A DNA stretch of 64,000 nucleotides, taken from Terriglobia bacterium (GTDB lineage Bacteria > Acidobacteriota > Polarisedimenticolia > Polarisedimenticolales > JAIQFR01). The position numbers and the translations under genes are program-made. Below the pieces are notes generated by a model. It saw nothing but the letters and a program-made list of their open reading frames with translations. It did no database searches and was not told where the DNA came from. Position 1 is the first letter of the stretch, and each line of letters begins with the position of its first letter. Shown here piece after piece: positions 40,742 through 50,985 of this stretch. Location of the stretch: contig CAVVHE010000004.1 in NCBI GenBank assembly GCA_963748015.1, positions 1,792,001 through 1,856,000 on the forward strand, given 5' to 3'.

Positions 40742-41197
40742 ATGGCCATCCAGCGCTGGGATCCGCTCCGAGACATGCTCGGCATCCAGGAGAAGATCAA
40801 CCGGCTGTTCGAGGACGCCCTGGCGCGCTCGGGCGGGGCGGCGGAGACGGAGTCGCTCGTGACCAGCGGCTGGCGGCCTCCGGTGGACATCTTCGAGCAG
40901 GGCTCGCAGTTCGTGCTGCGCGCCGACTTGCCCGGCGTCGGGGCCGATACCGTGGAGATCGAGGTGGAGGCGGAGGCCCTCGTGCTGCGCGGAGAGCGCA
41001 AGGCCGACACCGCGGCCCCGAGGGAGTCGTACCTGAGGGTCGAGCGGCCGCTCGGCAAGTTCTCGATCCAGGTCACGCTCCCCCCGTCGGTGGACCGGTC
41101 GGCGATCCGCGCGTCGGCGCGCGACGGCGTGCTCGAGGTCGTGCTCCCGAAGAAGGAGGAGCGCGCCCCGGGCCGTATGAAGATCGAGGTGAAATGA
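40742..41197 (+). CDS. Hsp20/alpha-crystallin small heat-shock protein
   Basis: WDP, P.VDI.E, ADLPGV, ER..G.F, A...DGVL.V.LPK. Confidence 0.92.
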   Translation: MAIQRWDPLRDMLGIQEKINRLFEDALARSGGAAETESLVTSGWRPPVDIFEQGSQFVLRADLPGVGADTVEIEVEAEALVLRGERKADTAAPRESYLRVERPLGKFSIQVTLPPSVDRSAIRASARDGVLEVVLPKKEERAPGRMKIEVK

Positions 41198-42051
41198 TGA
41201 CGACCACGAATTACCTGAAGACGGCGCTCCTGCTGGGGCTCCTCACCGGGCTCATCGTGCTGTGCGGAGGGGCGCTCGGCGGCCGGAGCGGCATGGTCTT
41301 CGCCCTGGCCGTTGCGGCGGTCATGAACCTGGGATCCTACTGGTTCTCGGACAAGATCGTCCTCGCGATGTACCGCGCGAAGCCGGTCTCGGAAGCCGAG
41401 GCGCCGCGGCTGCACTCGATCGTCCAGCGGCTCGTCGCCAGGGCCGGGATCCCGATGCCGAAGCTCTACGTGCTCCCGGAGCGGGCGCCCAACGCGTTCG
41501 CCACCGGGCGGAACCCGTCGCACGCCGCGGTCGCGGTCACGGCGGGACTCCTCGAGATGATGGACGACGAGGAGCTCGAGGGGGTGATCGCGCACGAGCT
41601 GGGACACGTGAAGAACCGAGACATCCTGATCGCCTCCATCGCGGCCACGATCGCCGGCGCGATCACCATGCTCGCCAGCATGGCCCGCTGGGCGGCGATC
41701 TTCGGCGGGGTGGGCGGCCGCGACGACCGGGAGGGCGGCGGCGGCGGCGCGCTCGGGTTCATCTTCATGGCGATCCTGGCGCCGATCGCCGCCGTGGTCA
41801 TCCAGATGGCGGTGTCCCGCTCGCGGGAGTACGCCGCCGACGCCTCGGGCGCCCGCTTCGCGGGGAGCCCCGCGGGACTCGCCCGCGCCCTCGAGAAGCT
41901 CGGCCGCGCCTCGGAGCGCATCCCCATGAACGCGAATCCGGTCACCAGCCACATGTTCATCGTGAAGCCGTTCTCCGGCAGGACGCTGTTCAACCTGTTC
42001 AGCACCCATCCCCCGATCGAGGAGCGCGTCCGCCGGCTGCTGGGTCGCTGA
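41194..42051 (+). CDS. htpX: Zinc metalloprotease HtpX
   Basis: [28 protein letters not shown]. Confidence 0.95.
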   Translation: MMTTTNYLKTALLLGLLTGLIVLCGGALGGRSGMVFALAVAAVMNLGSYWFSDKIVLAMYRAKPVSEAEAPRLHSIVQRLVARAGIPMPKLYVLPERAPNAFATGRNPSHAAVAVTAGLLEMMDDEELEGVIAHELGHVKNRDILIASIAATIAGAITMLASMARWAAIFGGVGGRDDREGGGGGALGFIFMAILAPIAAVVIQMAVSRSREYAADASGARFAGSPAGLARALEKLGRASERIPMNANPVTSHMFIVKPFSGRTLFNLFSTHPPIEERVRRLLGR

Positions 42052-42077
42052 GAAACACCTTTTCCGGGAAGTCCGAC

Positions 42078-42701
42078 ATGTTCGACACCAGGGAATCCGG
42101 CGACGGATCCGGGCGGCCTGCCATGAAGATCGAGGACAAGCGCCACTGGGCGCGCAAGCCGGCCGAGGAGGCCGCTGAAGAGGGGGGCGCCGAGGAGGCC
42201 CCCTCGCTCCACCCGACCCTCGTGGACGAGTACCGCCTCCGCGCGGAGATGGCCGAGAAGAAGCTCCACGAGTACATCGGCGCGTTCAAGCAGGCCCAGG
42301 CCGACCAGGAGGAGTTCCGCGCCCGGCTCCTCCGCGACGTGGACCGCAGGGTCGAGCTCGCGTTCGGCAGCGTCGTCGCCGAGCTCCTCGACGCCGCGGA
42401 CGACATGGACCTCGCCCTCTCGCACGCGCGGGGAGTCCCCGGGGCCGAGGCGCTGGCGCGAGGCGTCGAACTCGCCCGCGACCGTTTCCTCGCGACCCTC
42501 GAGCGCCACGGGGTCGAGCGGCTCGCCCTCGACGGGACGGAGTTCGATCCCAACGTGGCGGAAGCGGTGCAGCTGGTGGACGCCGCGGAGCCGGACGCGG
42601 ACGGCAAGGTCGCGGCCACCCTCCGATCGGGCTACCGCCTCGGCGACCGGGTGATCCGCGCGGCGCGCGTCGCCGTCGCCCGCCATCGCCCGGCGAGCTG
42701 A
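42078..42701 (+). CDS. grpE: Nucleotide exchange factor GrpE
   Basis: Coiled coil, FDPN..EAV, GY.LGDRVIR.A.V.V. Confidence 0.85.
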   Translation: MFDTRESGDGSGRPAMKIEDKRHWARKPAEEAAEEGGAEEAPSLHPTLVDEYRLRAEMAEKKLHEYIGAFKQAQADQEEFRARLLRDVDRRVELAFGSVVAELLDAADDMDLALSHARGVPGAEALARGVELARDRFLATLERHGVERLALDGTEFDPNVAEAVQLVDAAEPDADGKVAATLRSGYRLGDRVIRAARVAVARHRPAS

Positions 42702-43723
42702 TGGGACCCGCCGCCGGCGCCAGGCCGGGCCGCGTGCGGCTCTACGCGTCGCTCACGCGGCCCTTCACCCTGCTGCCGCCGCTGCTCGGCGTGATCTCCG
42801 GCGCGATCACCGCGTGGGGGTCGGCCTCGAACCCGCACGTTCTCGCCGGCCTCCCGAGGCAGTGGACGCCGAGCATCGTCGCGACGATCCTCCTCGGCTC
42901 GGCGTGCGCGGCGCTCCTGAACGCCGCATCGAACGTCATCAACCAGGTTTACGACATCGAGAACGACCGCGTGAACAAGCCCGGCCGGCCGCTGGTCACC
43001 GGGGCGATCTCGATGCGGGCCGGCTGGTGGTTCTCGGCGCTCCTGTACGCCGCCGCGGTGCTCCCCACCTGGCTCGTCGTCGTCCATCCCGCCGCGACCT
43101 TCGGCGAGAAGCTGGCGGCGCCGCTCTCGCTCCACCAGTGCTTCTTCATCTACATCGCGGGCATGCTCTTCACCTTCGCGTACAGCGCGCCGGCTTTCGG
43201 GCGGACGAAGGCCAACGCGTTCGGCGCCAACCTCACGATCGCGATCCCGCGCGGCTGCCTGCTGAAGGTCGCGGGCTGGTCGATGGTCGCGTCGGTGTTC
43301 CACCTCGAGCCGTGGTTCATCGGAGCGATCTTCTTCCTGTTCCTGCTCGGCGCGTCCACCACCAAGGACTTCTCGGACATGAAGGGGGACGAGGCGGCGG
43401 GATGCAGGACGCTGCCGATCCGGTACGGCGTCGTGCGGGCGGCGCGGATGATCGCGCCGTTCTTCGTGATCCCGTGGCTCCTGATGCCCCTCGGCGCGTG
43501 GATCCGCAACCCGTGGGCCCCGGAGCACCACATCCTGACCGGCAACCCGTGGGTCCTCACCGTCCTGGGCGCAGGCCTCGTGCTTTGGGGCGCCTACACG
43601 GTGACGCTCATCCTGAAAGACCCGAAGGCGCTCGCCGAGGTCGAGAACCACCCGTCGTGGACCCACATGTACCTGATGATGATGACCGCCCAGATCGGCT
43701 TCGCCGTCGCCTACCTGGTCTGA
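42701..43723 (+). CDS. UbiA-superfamily prenyltransferase
   Basis: NQVYDIENDRVNKPGRPL, YS..P, KDFSDMKGD....RTLP; multiple TM helices. Confidence 0.88.
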   Translation: MGPAAGARPGRVRLYASLTRPFTLLPPLLGVISGAITAWGSASNPHVLAGLPRQWTPSIVATILLGSACAALLNAASNVINQVYDIENDRVNKPGRPLVTGAISMRAGWWFSALLYAAAVLPTWLVVVHPAATFGEKLAAPLSLHQCFFIYIAGMLFTFAYSAPAFGRTKANAFGANLTIAIPRGCLLKVAGWSMVASVFHLEPWFIGAIFFLFLLGASTTKDFSDMKGDEAAGCRTLPIRYGVVRAARMIAPFFVIPWLLMPLGAWIRNPWAPEHHILTGNPWVLTVLGAGLVLWGAYTVTLILKDPKALAEVENHPSWTHMYLMMMTAQIGFAVAYLV

Positions 43724-43752
43724 GCCGGCGTCCTCGCCCGTAACTCGGGCAC

Positions 43753-43975
43753 GCGGGGCCCAAGGCGGAAAGCGTTCCTCGCCGGCCCGAAAAAGGGCCG
43801 TCTGCGGACGCTCTCCGCCTTGGGCCCCGCTTGTGGTCCATGCGACCGTGTGGAAGCTCGTTTTCCGGATCCGAATACAGCGCGAAGAAAGGCGTACGGC
43901 TCGCCCCCGGCCGAATGCGTTCGGAGACGGCCCTTTTCTGGGCCGGCGAGAACGCATTCGGCCGGGGGCGGGCCG
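43753..43975. repeat. Pair of inverted hairpin elements (REPIN-like doublet)
   Basis: Hairpin 43753-43830 and hairpin 43897-43975, whose loop regions are near reverse complements of each other. Confidence 0.8.
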
Positions 43976-44007
43976 CGGACCCGCCGCACCGAAGCCGCGT
44001 TCGGACG

Positions 44008-45405
44008 TCAGCCGAGCCGCGCGACGAGCCAGTAGAGCCCCATCCCCGCGAGACCGCCCACGAGCGTGTTGGTGAAGTTCTGCAGCTCGTTGCCGATCAG
44101 CTGCCGCCGCTCGAGGGTGGCGCCGAGATAGGACTCGATCGTCGTCCCGATCAGGGCCGCGGCGACGACGACCCCGGCACCGTCCGCCCCGACGAGACCG
44201 ACGCCCCACGCGACGGCGGCGAGCGCCGCGGCCGCCGAGAGTCCCGCGAGGGTCCCCTCGACCGACACCGCGCCGTTCGTTCCCGCGGGGACGCGACGGA
44301 ACGTCGTGATCAGGAACGTCCGCCGCCCGAAAGCCTTGCCGATCTCCGAGGACGCGGTGTCGAAGAGCGCGGTCGCGAAGGCGGCGACGAGCGCGATCGA
44401 GAACGCCTCCCGGTACGGCGTGGCCGCGGCGAGGAAGGCGAACAGCACCCCGGCGCCCGCGTTGGCGAGCGCGTGCCGCGCGCCGCGGCGCCCTCCCTTC
44501 GCCTCGGCGATGCCGAGCGCCTCCTTCCGCGCACGGCCCGCCTTCGTGCCCGCCGTCGCCGCCACGAAGAAGACGAGCAGCATCAGGAACCCGCGCCAGC
44601 CGCCGAACCCGTACAGGAGCGTCCCCAGCACCGTGCCCGCGACCGCGCCGGAGACGTCGACGCCCGCCGCCAGGTACGCCGCGACGGCCAGGGCCGCGTT
44701 GACCGCCGCGCCCACCGCGAGGCCGCGCGCGAGATCGGGAGCGGCCGCCGCGAGGCGCGCCGGCTCCACCAGCGTCGCCGCGTAGAGGGCCGCCGCGCCG
44801 ACCAGCGGGACCAGGAGGTTGTCGTCCACCGGGGTCTCGAGCGATTCGGCGGCCCCCGCGAGAACCGCCGCCGCGAGGCAGCCGGCCAGCAGGAAGGCGA
44901 CATCGGGAACGGGAGAGCCGGGCGGTTGTCCCAGGAACGACAACCCGATCGCCCCGCTTCGGACGTCGCCGTGCTGAACCCAGCGGATGAGGAGCGCCGA
45001 GGTGCAGGTCCCGTAGAGGGCGAAAGCGAGGAAGCCCCACCAGGTCTTGTTCCGGTTCCAGGGGAGCTTCGGCCCGCGGAGCGTCAGTCCCGTGACCGTC
45101 GCCATCCCGTCGCCGAACGCCATGAGCCCCCAGCACGCGGCCGCGAGCTCCAGCCGGCTGTGGAACACCAGGATGAGCGCGAGCACGGCCGCCGGGTACA
45201 GCGCGATGCCCAGCGAGTATCCGCGAGCCCTCTCGTCGTCGCGCAGGAGCGACCGTCTCGTCAACCGGTGCAGCACGACCAGATTGAACAGGAGGGCCGC
45301 GGCCGCGCAGGCGGCCGCCCCGAGGGGCGAGAGCCAGCGCAACAGGAGCGCGAAGAGGCCCATGGACATGTGGACCGACTTGCGCCGAAGCTCGGTCGCG
45401 ATCAT
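44008..45405 (-). CDS. Fusion of a phytol/dolichol-kinase-like (CTP-dependent) domain and DUF92
   Basis: N-half ELRRKSVH, FGDGMA..G, K.PWN..KT..G, ES...DDNL.VP; C-half G.RG....AN, DT.SSEIG, PAGTNGAVS.EGT, ES.LGA, N...NF. Confidence 0.8.
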   Translation of the reverse strand: MIATELRRKSVHMSMGLFALLLRWLSPLGAAACAAAALLFNLVVLHRLTRRSLLRDDERARGYSLGIALYPAAVLALILVFHSRLELAAACWGLMAFGDGMATVTGLTLRGPKLPWNRNKTWWGFLAFALYGTCTSALLIRWVQHGDVRSGAIGLSFLGQPPGSPVPDVAFLLAGCLAAAVLAGAAESLETPVDDNLLVPLVGAAALYAATLVEPARLAAAAPDLARGLAVGAAVNAALAVAAYLAAGVDVSGAVAGTVLGTLLYGFGGWRGFLMLLVFFVAATAGTKAGRARKEALGIAEAKGGRRGARHALANAGAGVLFAFLAAATPYREAFSIALVAAFATALFDTASSEIGKAFGRRTFLITTFRRVPAGTNGAVSVEGTLAGLSAAAALAAVAWGVGLVGADGAGVVVAAALIGTTIESYLGATLERRQLIGNELQNFTNTLVGGLAGMGLYWLVARLG

Positions 45406-45412
45406 CCCCAAC

Positions 45413-46411
45413 TCAGTTGCCTCCCGGGAACTCGCCGGTCTCCCTGAGCCAGGCGACCGTCCTCGCGATCCCCTCGGCGAGCGGCGTGATCCGGTATCCG
45501 AGGTCGCGCTCCGCCCGGGTCGACGAGTACGCCCACTCGTGGCGGTAGATCGCGACGACCTCGTCGGTCAGCTCGGGCGGCACGCCGGTCAGCTCGGCCC
45601 GCCACCGCTCCACTCGCCCGATGATCCCCGCGGCCCAGAAAGGCACGGAGCGGCGCGGGGGAGCTATCCCCGCCGCCGCCTCGAAAGCGGCGAACAGCTC
45701 GCGCGCGGTGCGGTTCTCCCCGCCGAGGACGTAGCCCGAGCCGGGCGCCGCGCGCTCGACCGCCGCCACGAGCCCCGACGACACGTCCTCCACGTAGGCG
45801 AAGCACTGCCGGAGGTCCCCTTTCCCGAGGTATCCCGGGAGGCGGCCCCGGGCGTGCTGGAGAAGGAGGCCGACCACGTGATTGCCGGCGGTGCGCTCGC
45901 CGGGGCCGTACACGACCCCGGGGTAGAGCCTGACGATCGGAAAGCCGTCCCGCGCGAGCGCCCTCGCGGCCTGGTCCGCGGCCCACTTGGTCCGCTCGTA
46001 GTCGTTGTGGAAGGCTGTGGTCGCGCGCGGCATGTCCTCGTCGAACGTCGCGCCGTCGGTGGGGCCGAGGGCGATGAACGACGAAACGTAGACGAGCTTC
46101 GAGTCCGCCTGCCGCGCGGCGAGCACCGCGTTCCGGAAGCCGCCGAGGTTGACCCGGTCGTACTCGCTCCGGTTCCGCACCCAGCTCTTCACCAGCGCGG
46201 CGGCGTGCACGACCGCCTCGCATCCCTTGGCCGCGCCGGCGAACGCCGCGGCATCGGTCACGTCCCCCGCGACGACCTCGATGCCGCCGCCGGCCCGCGT
46301 CCACAGCGAGGGATCGCGGACCATCGCGCGCACGGTGTGGCCGGCGGCCGCAAGACGATCCGCCGCGCGTCCCCCGACGTATCCCGACGCCCCGGTGACG
46401 AGCACTTTCAT
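45413..46411 (-). CDS. Extended SDR, farnesol dehydrogenase/HpnA-like
   Basis: VLVTGASGYVG, HAAALV, SSFIALG, YERTK, YPGVVYGPG, GRLPGYLG, RHEWAYS; ATGA overlap with rmlD. Confidence 0.85.
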   Translation of the reverse strand: MKVLVTGASGYVGGRAADRLAAAGHTVRAMVRDPSLWTRAGGGIEVVAGDVTDAAAFAGAAKGCEAVVHAAALVKSWVRNRSEYDRVNLGGFRNAVLAARQADSKLVYVSSFIALGPTDGATFDEDMPRATTAFHNDYERTKWAADQAARALARDGFPIVRLYPGVVYGPGERTAGNHVVGLLLQHARGRLPGYLGKGDLRQCFAYVEDVSSGLVAAVERAAPGSGYVLGGENRTARELFAAFEAAAGIAPPRRSVPFWAAGIIGRVERWRAELTGVPPELTDEVVAIYRHEWAYSSTRAERDLGYRITPLAEGIARTVAWLRETGEFPGGN

Positions 46412-47328
46412 GGACGGGGAACCTCGAGGTACTCCGCGAGGGCGGCGCGCCAGGAGCGCAGCGGGCGGCCGAGGAGCGTCTCCGCGCGCGCGACGGCGAG
46501 CGCCGAGAAGGGAGGCCGCGGCGGACCGCCGGAGGGATCCGGCTCGGTCCGGACCTCGACCATTCCGGAGAGACCCGCTTCCTCGAGGATCGCCCGGGCG
46601 AGCACCACCCGGCTGCACGCGCCCCCGTTGGCAACGTGCACCACTCCCGCGGCCTCCGCTTCCAGGAGATCCACCGACGCGCGGGCGAGGTCGAGGGTGT
46701 ACGTCGGCGACGCCACGGGCGTCTCGGCCAGGCCGACGCCGTGCATCTGCCGGGCGAGACGGAGGACCGTGTCCACGAAGACGGGGCGGCGGTGGCTCCC
46801 CGGACCGAAGAGGCTCGACGTCCGGATCACGAGCGCGCGGGGGTGCGCGTCGAGCGCCGCGCGCTCCCCGTCGAGCTTCGACTTCCCGTAGCCCTGGAGC
46901 GGCGCCGGGACGTCCTCCTCGCCGTAGGGGGCGACCTTCGACCCGTCGAAGACGTAGTCGGTCGAGAAATGCACGAACGGGATGCCGCCTTCGCGGCAGA
47001 AGGCCGCGAGCGCTCGCGGCGCGTCCAGGTTGACGCGCATGACTTCGTCTCGCGTTTCCGGAGCCTCGGCGCGGGCGATGTCGGTAAAGGCCGCCGCGTT
47101 CAGCACCGCATCCGGCTCGACCGCGCCGAGTGCCCGGGGGAGACTCTCCGCCGACGACAGGTCCAGCTCGCGCCGCGACGGAGCGAAGCATGCCATCCCG
47201 CGGCGCGTCAGCTCGCGCACGAGGGCCCCGCCGAGCAGGCCGGACGCCCCGAGGACGAGCACGCGCTCGAACCTCGGCCGGGAAGACCGCTCGTCCCCGA
47301 CGGCGTCGCTCGCCCTCACGCAGCCCAC
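46408..47328 (-). CDS. rmlD: dTDP-4-dehydrorhamnose reductase family protein
   Basis: GASGLLG, NAAAFT, STDYVFDG, YGKSK, SPTY..DLA, RP.FS.L. Confidence 0.8.
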   Translation of the reverse strand: MGCVRASDAVGDERSSRPRFERVLVLGASGLLGGALVRELTRRGMACFAPSRRELDLSSAESLPRALGAVEPDAVLNAAAFTDIARAEAPETRDEVMRVNLDAPRALAAFCREGGIPFVHFSTDYVFDGSKVAPYGEEDVPAPLQGYGKSKLDGERAALDAHPRALVIRTSSLFGPGSHRRPVFVDTVLRLARQMHGVGLAETPVASPTYTLDLARASVDLLEAEAAGVVHVANGGACSRVVLARAILEEAGLSGMVEVRTEPDPSGGPPRPPFSALAVARAETLLGRPLRSWRAALAEYLEVPRP

Positions 47329-47329
47329 C

Positions 47330-49805
47330 TCACTGGCGCAGCTCCATCAGCTTGCCGACCCCGCGCAGATCCACGGTGAACCTGAACTCGCCCCGGTCGC
47401 TCCCGACGAAGTCCCGGCGGAACCACTCCATCAGGAACCCGCAGCACTGGGTGTAATACTCCACCTTCCACCTCTGGTCGGGAATCCGGTGCGTCTGCGC
47501 GTCGTACGAGCCATCCACGTCCACCTTCAGCTTGCGCCCGAAGAGGGTCGTGCCGGCGGCCAGCCGAAGCTGGACCTGCGACGGCGCCCCGAGGGTCGAG
47601 GGCTGGGTCCGGACCACGGAGAACCCGGTCCTCGCGGCGTCGCTGCGGAGGTTCCCCGAGAGGCTGACCGACGTCATCCGCATCGACAAGACGTCGTACG
47701 ACATGCGGAGATCGAGGCTGGTGTGGGGCCTGGGGTTGAATCGTCCCACCGTGTTGATGGCCGAGTACCAGCTGCTCTCCGGTATCCCGTCGCCGTTGAT
47801 GTCCAGGACCGACAGGGCCTTCCCGAACGAGCGGCTCTGGTTGACCTCGAGCGACGCGATCTCGACCGGCTCCGTCGGCGGCGGCGACGAGACCGGCCCG
47901 TGCACCGCGCCCGGAGTGCCCGGCGGAGACGACTCCGCCTCCTTGACCTCTCCCGAAGTCCCTTCGGGAACGAGGACCGTCTCCGCGATCCCCGGCGGCT
48001 CGAGAGCCTTCGACCGGGGCCGCTGCGCGAAGAGGCGCGTCCTGAAGCCGTAGGTGAGCTGGTTGCTCGCCCCGCGCGCGGCGTCGATGCCGTCGTACGG
48101 GATGATCTCGTCGTTGCGGTCGTAGGCCTGCTGGTACGCCCACGAGATCGCGTGGCTCGAACACGTGCTTGTAGCGGGTCGAGAACGGGTTGGACGGCTT
48201 GTCGAAGATCCGGAAGAATTTCGGCCCCACCACCTCCACCGCCGCGCCGCTGATCCACCGGTCGAGCCCGGAGCTCAGGATCTGCTGGTAGCCGACGGAG
48301 GTCGTCCCTCCCCCCACGGGGACCTCCTGCACGCGAGTCGTCTGCCGCTGAGTGTAATGGGTGTAGCGGGTGTTGACCGACGGGGTGACCGCGAGCCAGG
48401 GGAACGGGGAGAACGGAGCGGAGAAGGTCGGGTAGACGTCCCCGCGGAAGTAGTCCGACACGAGGGGAAACGTGTAGGTCCGGCGAACGCAGGAGGCCGG
48501 GTCCAGGGGGTCCGGACAGTAGGTGCCCGTCCGGAACTGAAGGTCGTTCTGCCGTATCGAGGCGACGCTGGATTCGTAGCTCAGGTAGATCGGGGTCTTC
48601 CCGAGGCGCTGGCTCCGGCCGCGCCACTCGATGTCGGGGAGCGTCTCCTGAACGAAGCTCGTTTCCACGAGCACCGGATCCTGCCGGCCCTCCACGTAGA
48701 AAGGCTGCGGCGCGCGAAGCTGCTCGCGGCGCTGCTCCCGCACGTTCAAGCCGGTCCGGCTCCCGTTCCGGCTGAACTCCAGGCGAGCGAGGATCGTGGG
48801 CATCGAGACGAGCTTCAGGTCCCTTTCGTAGTCGGTGAAGTAGCTGAAGTCGCTCACCTGGTTGATGTCCGCGACCATGCGGAACCCGTTCCGCAACTGC
48901 TGCGTCTGCTGGTAGGTGAGGCGGTAGCGCTGGCTGTTCGAGACCTGGTCGTCGATGTAGAACCCCGTGAAGCGCCCCGATCCCTGCGCGTTCGGGATGA
49001 ACGACACATCGGTTGCCCAGCCGGTGCCGGCCTTCGAATACCGGTCCGCGCCCAGCGTGAAGTCCACGCTGTCCCCGATCGGGATGTAGAGCTCCTCGCT
49101 GATCAGGTTTCCCCGGTCCTGCGTGGTGCCGAAAGACGGGATCATCAGTCCCGCGGACCGGCCCTTCTTGACCGGCCAGATCAGGTACGGCGTGTAGAAG
49201 ATCGGCAGCCGCCGGGCCCTGAGCCTGAGGTTCCACATGTGCGCGTACCCGTCGATCTGGATCCGGGCGCTCGACACGGGCATCGACCAGTAGGGCACCG
49301 GCTGCGTGCAGGTCGTGACGATCGCGGAGTCGAGGAGGATGGTGTCCTGCCCGACCTTCTCGGCGCGCTTCGCGACGAAGTAGAACTCGGGCTCGACCTG
49401 TCCGATCGCGTCCTCCACGGTGCCGCGCTCTTCCTTGAGATCGTAGGTCATCCGCGCCCCGGAGATGCGATTGCCTCCCCAGACGACGAGCACGTTCCCC
49501 TCGGCCTCGATGTAGCGGCCCCCGCGATAGGTGATCTTGTCGGCCTGGATGCGCGAGCGCCCGGAGCGGATCGTCACCGCGCCCTCGAGGACGTACTCGT
49601 CGGCGCCCGGCACCTCGCGGATCCTGAGCGCCTCGACCGCGACGTCGCCGGGGAACTTGCCCTGCTCGGCGATGGCGGAGGAGGGCGCCTCCTTCCGGAC
49701 CTCGCCGGAAGGCTCCGTTTCGGCGGCCGCCTGCCGCGGCATCGAGCCGGTCAGCAGGGCAACGGGAAGAAGCCACCGGGCAAGCGTGGGCGCGCGCGGT
49801 CTCAT
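47330..49805 (-). CDS. lptD: LPS assembly protein LptD (single frameshift near 48150)
   Basis: Signal peptide, OstA-like N-terminus, TTC...P.W, R.SG..IP, beta-barrel strands, C-terminal Y..QCC and F...L.GVG. Confidence 0.85.
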
Positions 49806-49865
49806 TCGGGGCGCCGAGTGTATCCCCGTGCTCGGGTGTGTCAAGGAGAGCGTGCTCCGCCGCGA

Positions 49866-50891
49866 TCAGAACTGATCGAGGTACGGGAGAAACGCCGCTC
49901 CGGGAGCGTCGAGCTCGGGCCAGTCCGGCGGTCCCGCGAGAGGGTTGAGCATGGGAATCGCGAGCCGCCGAGGCCGATGCACGAGACGCCACTCGGGAAC
50001 CCACTCCGCGGCTTCGCGGGGAAGCCACCCGTGGACCTTCCTGAGGCCCGCGCGCCGGGCCTCGACCGCTCCGCGCCTCAGGATCGCGGAAAGCGCCGCG
50101 GGATCGGCGCCGGGAGCCCCCACCTCCCTCACGGCCCACCCGGCCTCGCCCTCGAGCGAGACGAGGTACCCCGCGAACCGGCCGTGGAAGAGCGCGATCC
50201 GGTATCGCCGGGAGAGGTCCGAGCCGTCGAGCCGTTTGAAGTAGCCCGCCGCCCTGGCCAGGAGGAACTCCCAGTGCTCCCGGTCTCGCACGACGGCGAT
50301 CGGGCGCGCCACCGCGGCGTCCTCGTGAGCCAGGAGCACGTCGGGAAGATCGCCGGGCGTCATGACGCGGAACTCCCACCCCGCGGGCGGAGGGACGATC
50401 CGCTCGAGACGCCCCGCGGCGTCCTCTGCGGGGAGCGCGCGGAAGCCGAGTGCCTCGTAGTAGGGAATCCCGATGTCGCTGAAGAGCAGCGCCGGCGAGT
50501 CGCCTCCGGCCCGCGCCTCCTCGAGCACCGCGCGAACGAGATCGGCCGCGTGCCCCCGTCCCCTCAGCCCCCGCGGCGTGAACACGGCGCCGATCATCGC
50601 CGCGGGACCCGTGCGGCCGAGAAGGCGAAGGACCGGCCGGTAGAGCTTGAGGCTCGAGAGTACGGTCTCGTCGTCGTCGACCCACGCGAGGTGGCGGAAG
50701 TGCCCCCTCGCCCACGGCGTCTCCATCAGCTCGAGCCACATGTCGAGGTACGCCGGATACGTCAGCCCGGCGCCCCACAGTCCGTGGCTCTCCCTGAAGA
50801 TCGCGGCGATCTCGTGCCGCCTCGCGGCCCTGAGACGAGGCAAGAACTCCCCCTTCGCGGCGAGGAAGCGATCCCGGTCGAAAACGCCCAC
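49866..50891 (-). CDS. GNAT-family acetyltransferase (Eis-like)
   Basis: IGAVFT....RGRGHA, LFSDIG..YY..LGF. Confidence 0.75.
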   Translation of the reverse strand: MGVFDRDRFLAAKGEFLPRLRAARRHEIAAIFRESHGLWGAGLTYPAYLDMWLELMETPWARGHFRHLAWVDDDETVLSSLKLYRPVLRLLGRTGPAAMIGAVFTPRGLRGRGHAADLVRAVLEEARAGGDSPALLFSDIGIPYYEALGFRALPAEDAAGRLERIVPPPAGWEFRVMTPGDLPDVLLAHEDAAVARPIAVVRDREHWEFLLARAAGYFKRLDGSDLSRRYRIALFHGRFAGYLVSLEGEAGWAVREVGAPGADPAALSAILRRGAVEARRAGLRKVHGWLPREAAEWVPEWRLVHRPRRLAIPMLNPLAGPPDWPELDAPGAAFLPYLDQF

Positions 50892-50985
50892 CCGGGCCGC
50901 GGCGCAACCGTGGTGACGCTCACGAAGAAAACGACCTGGCTAGGACGCGGGATGAGCGCTCGCGCGGGACCGGGCGCCCGAGCGG

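Noticed and set aside
39370..42051. Apparent ClpB-HtpX fusion (893 aa)
   Set aside because: Caused by an indel near 40320 plus read-through in an open frame; hsp20 and htpX have their own starts
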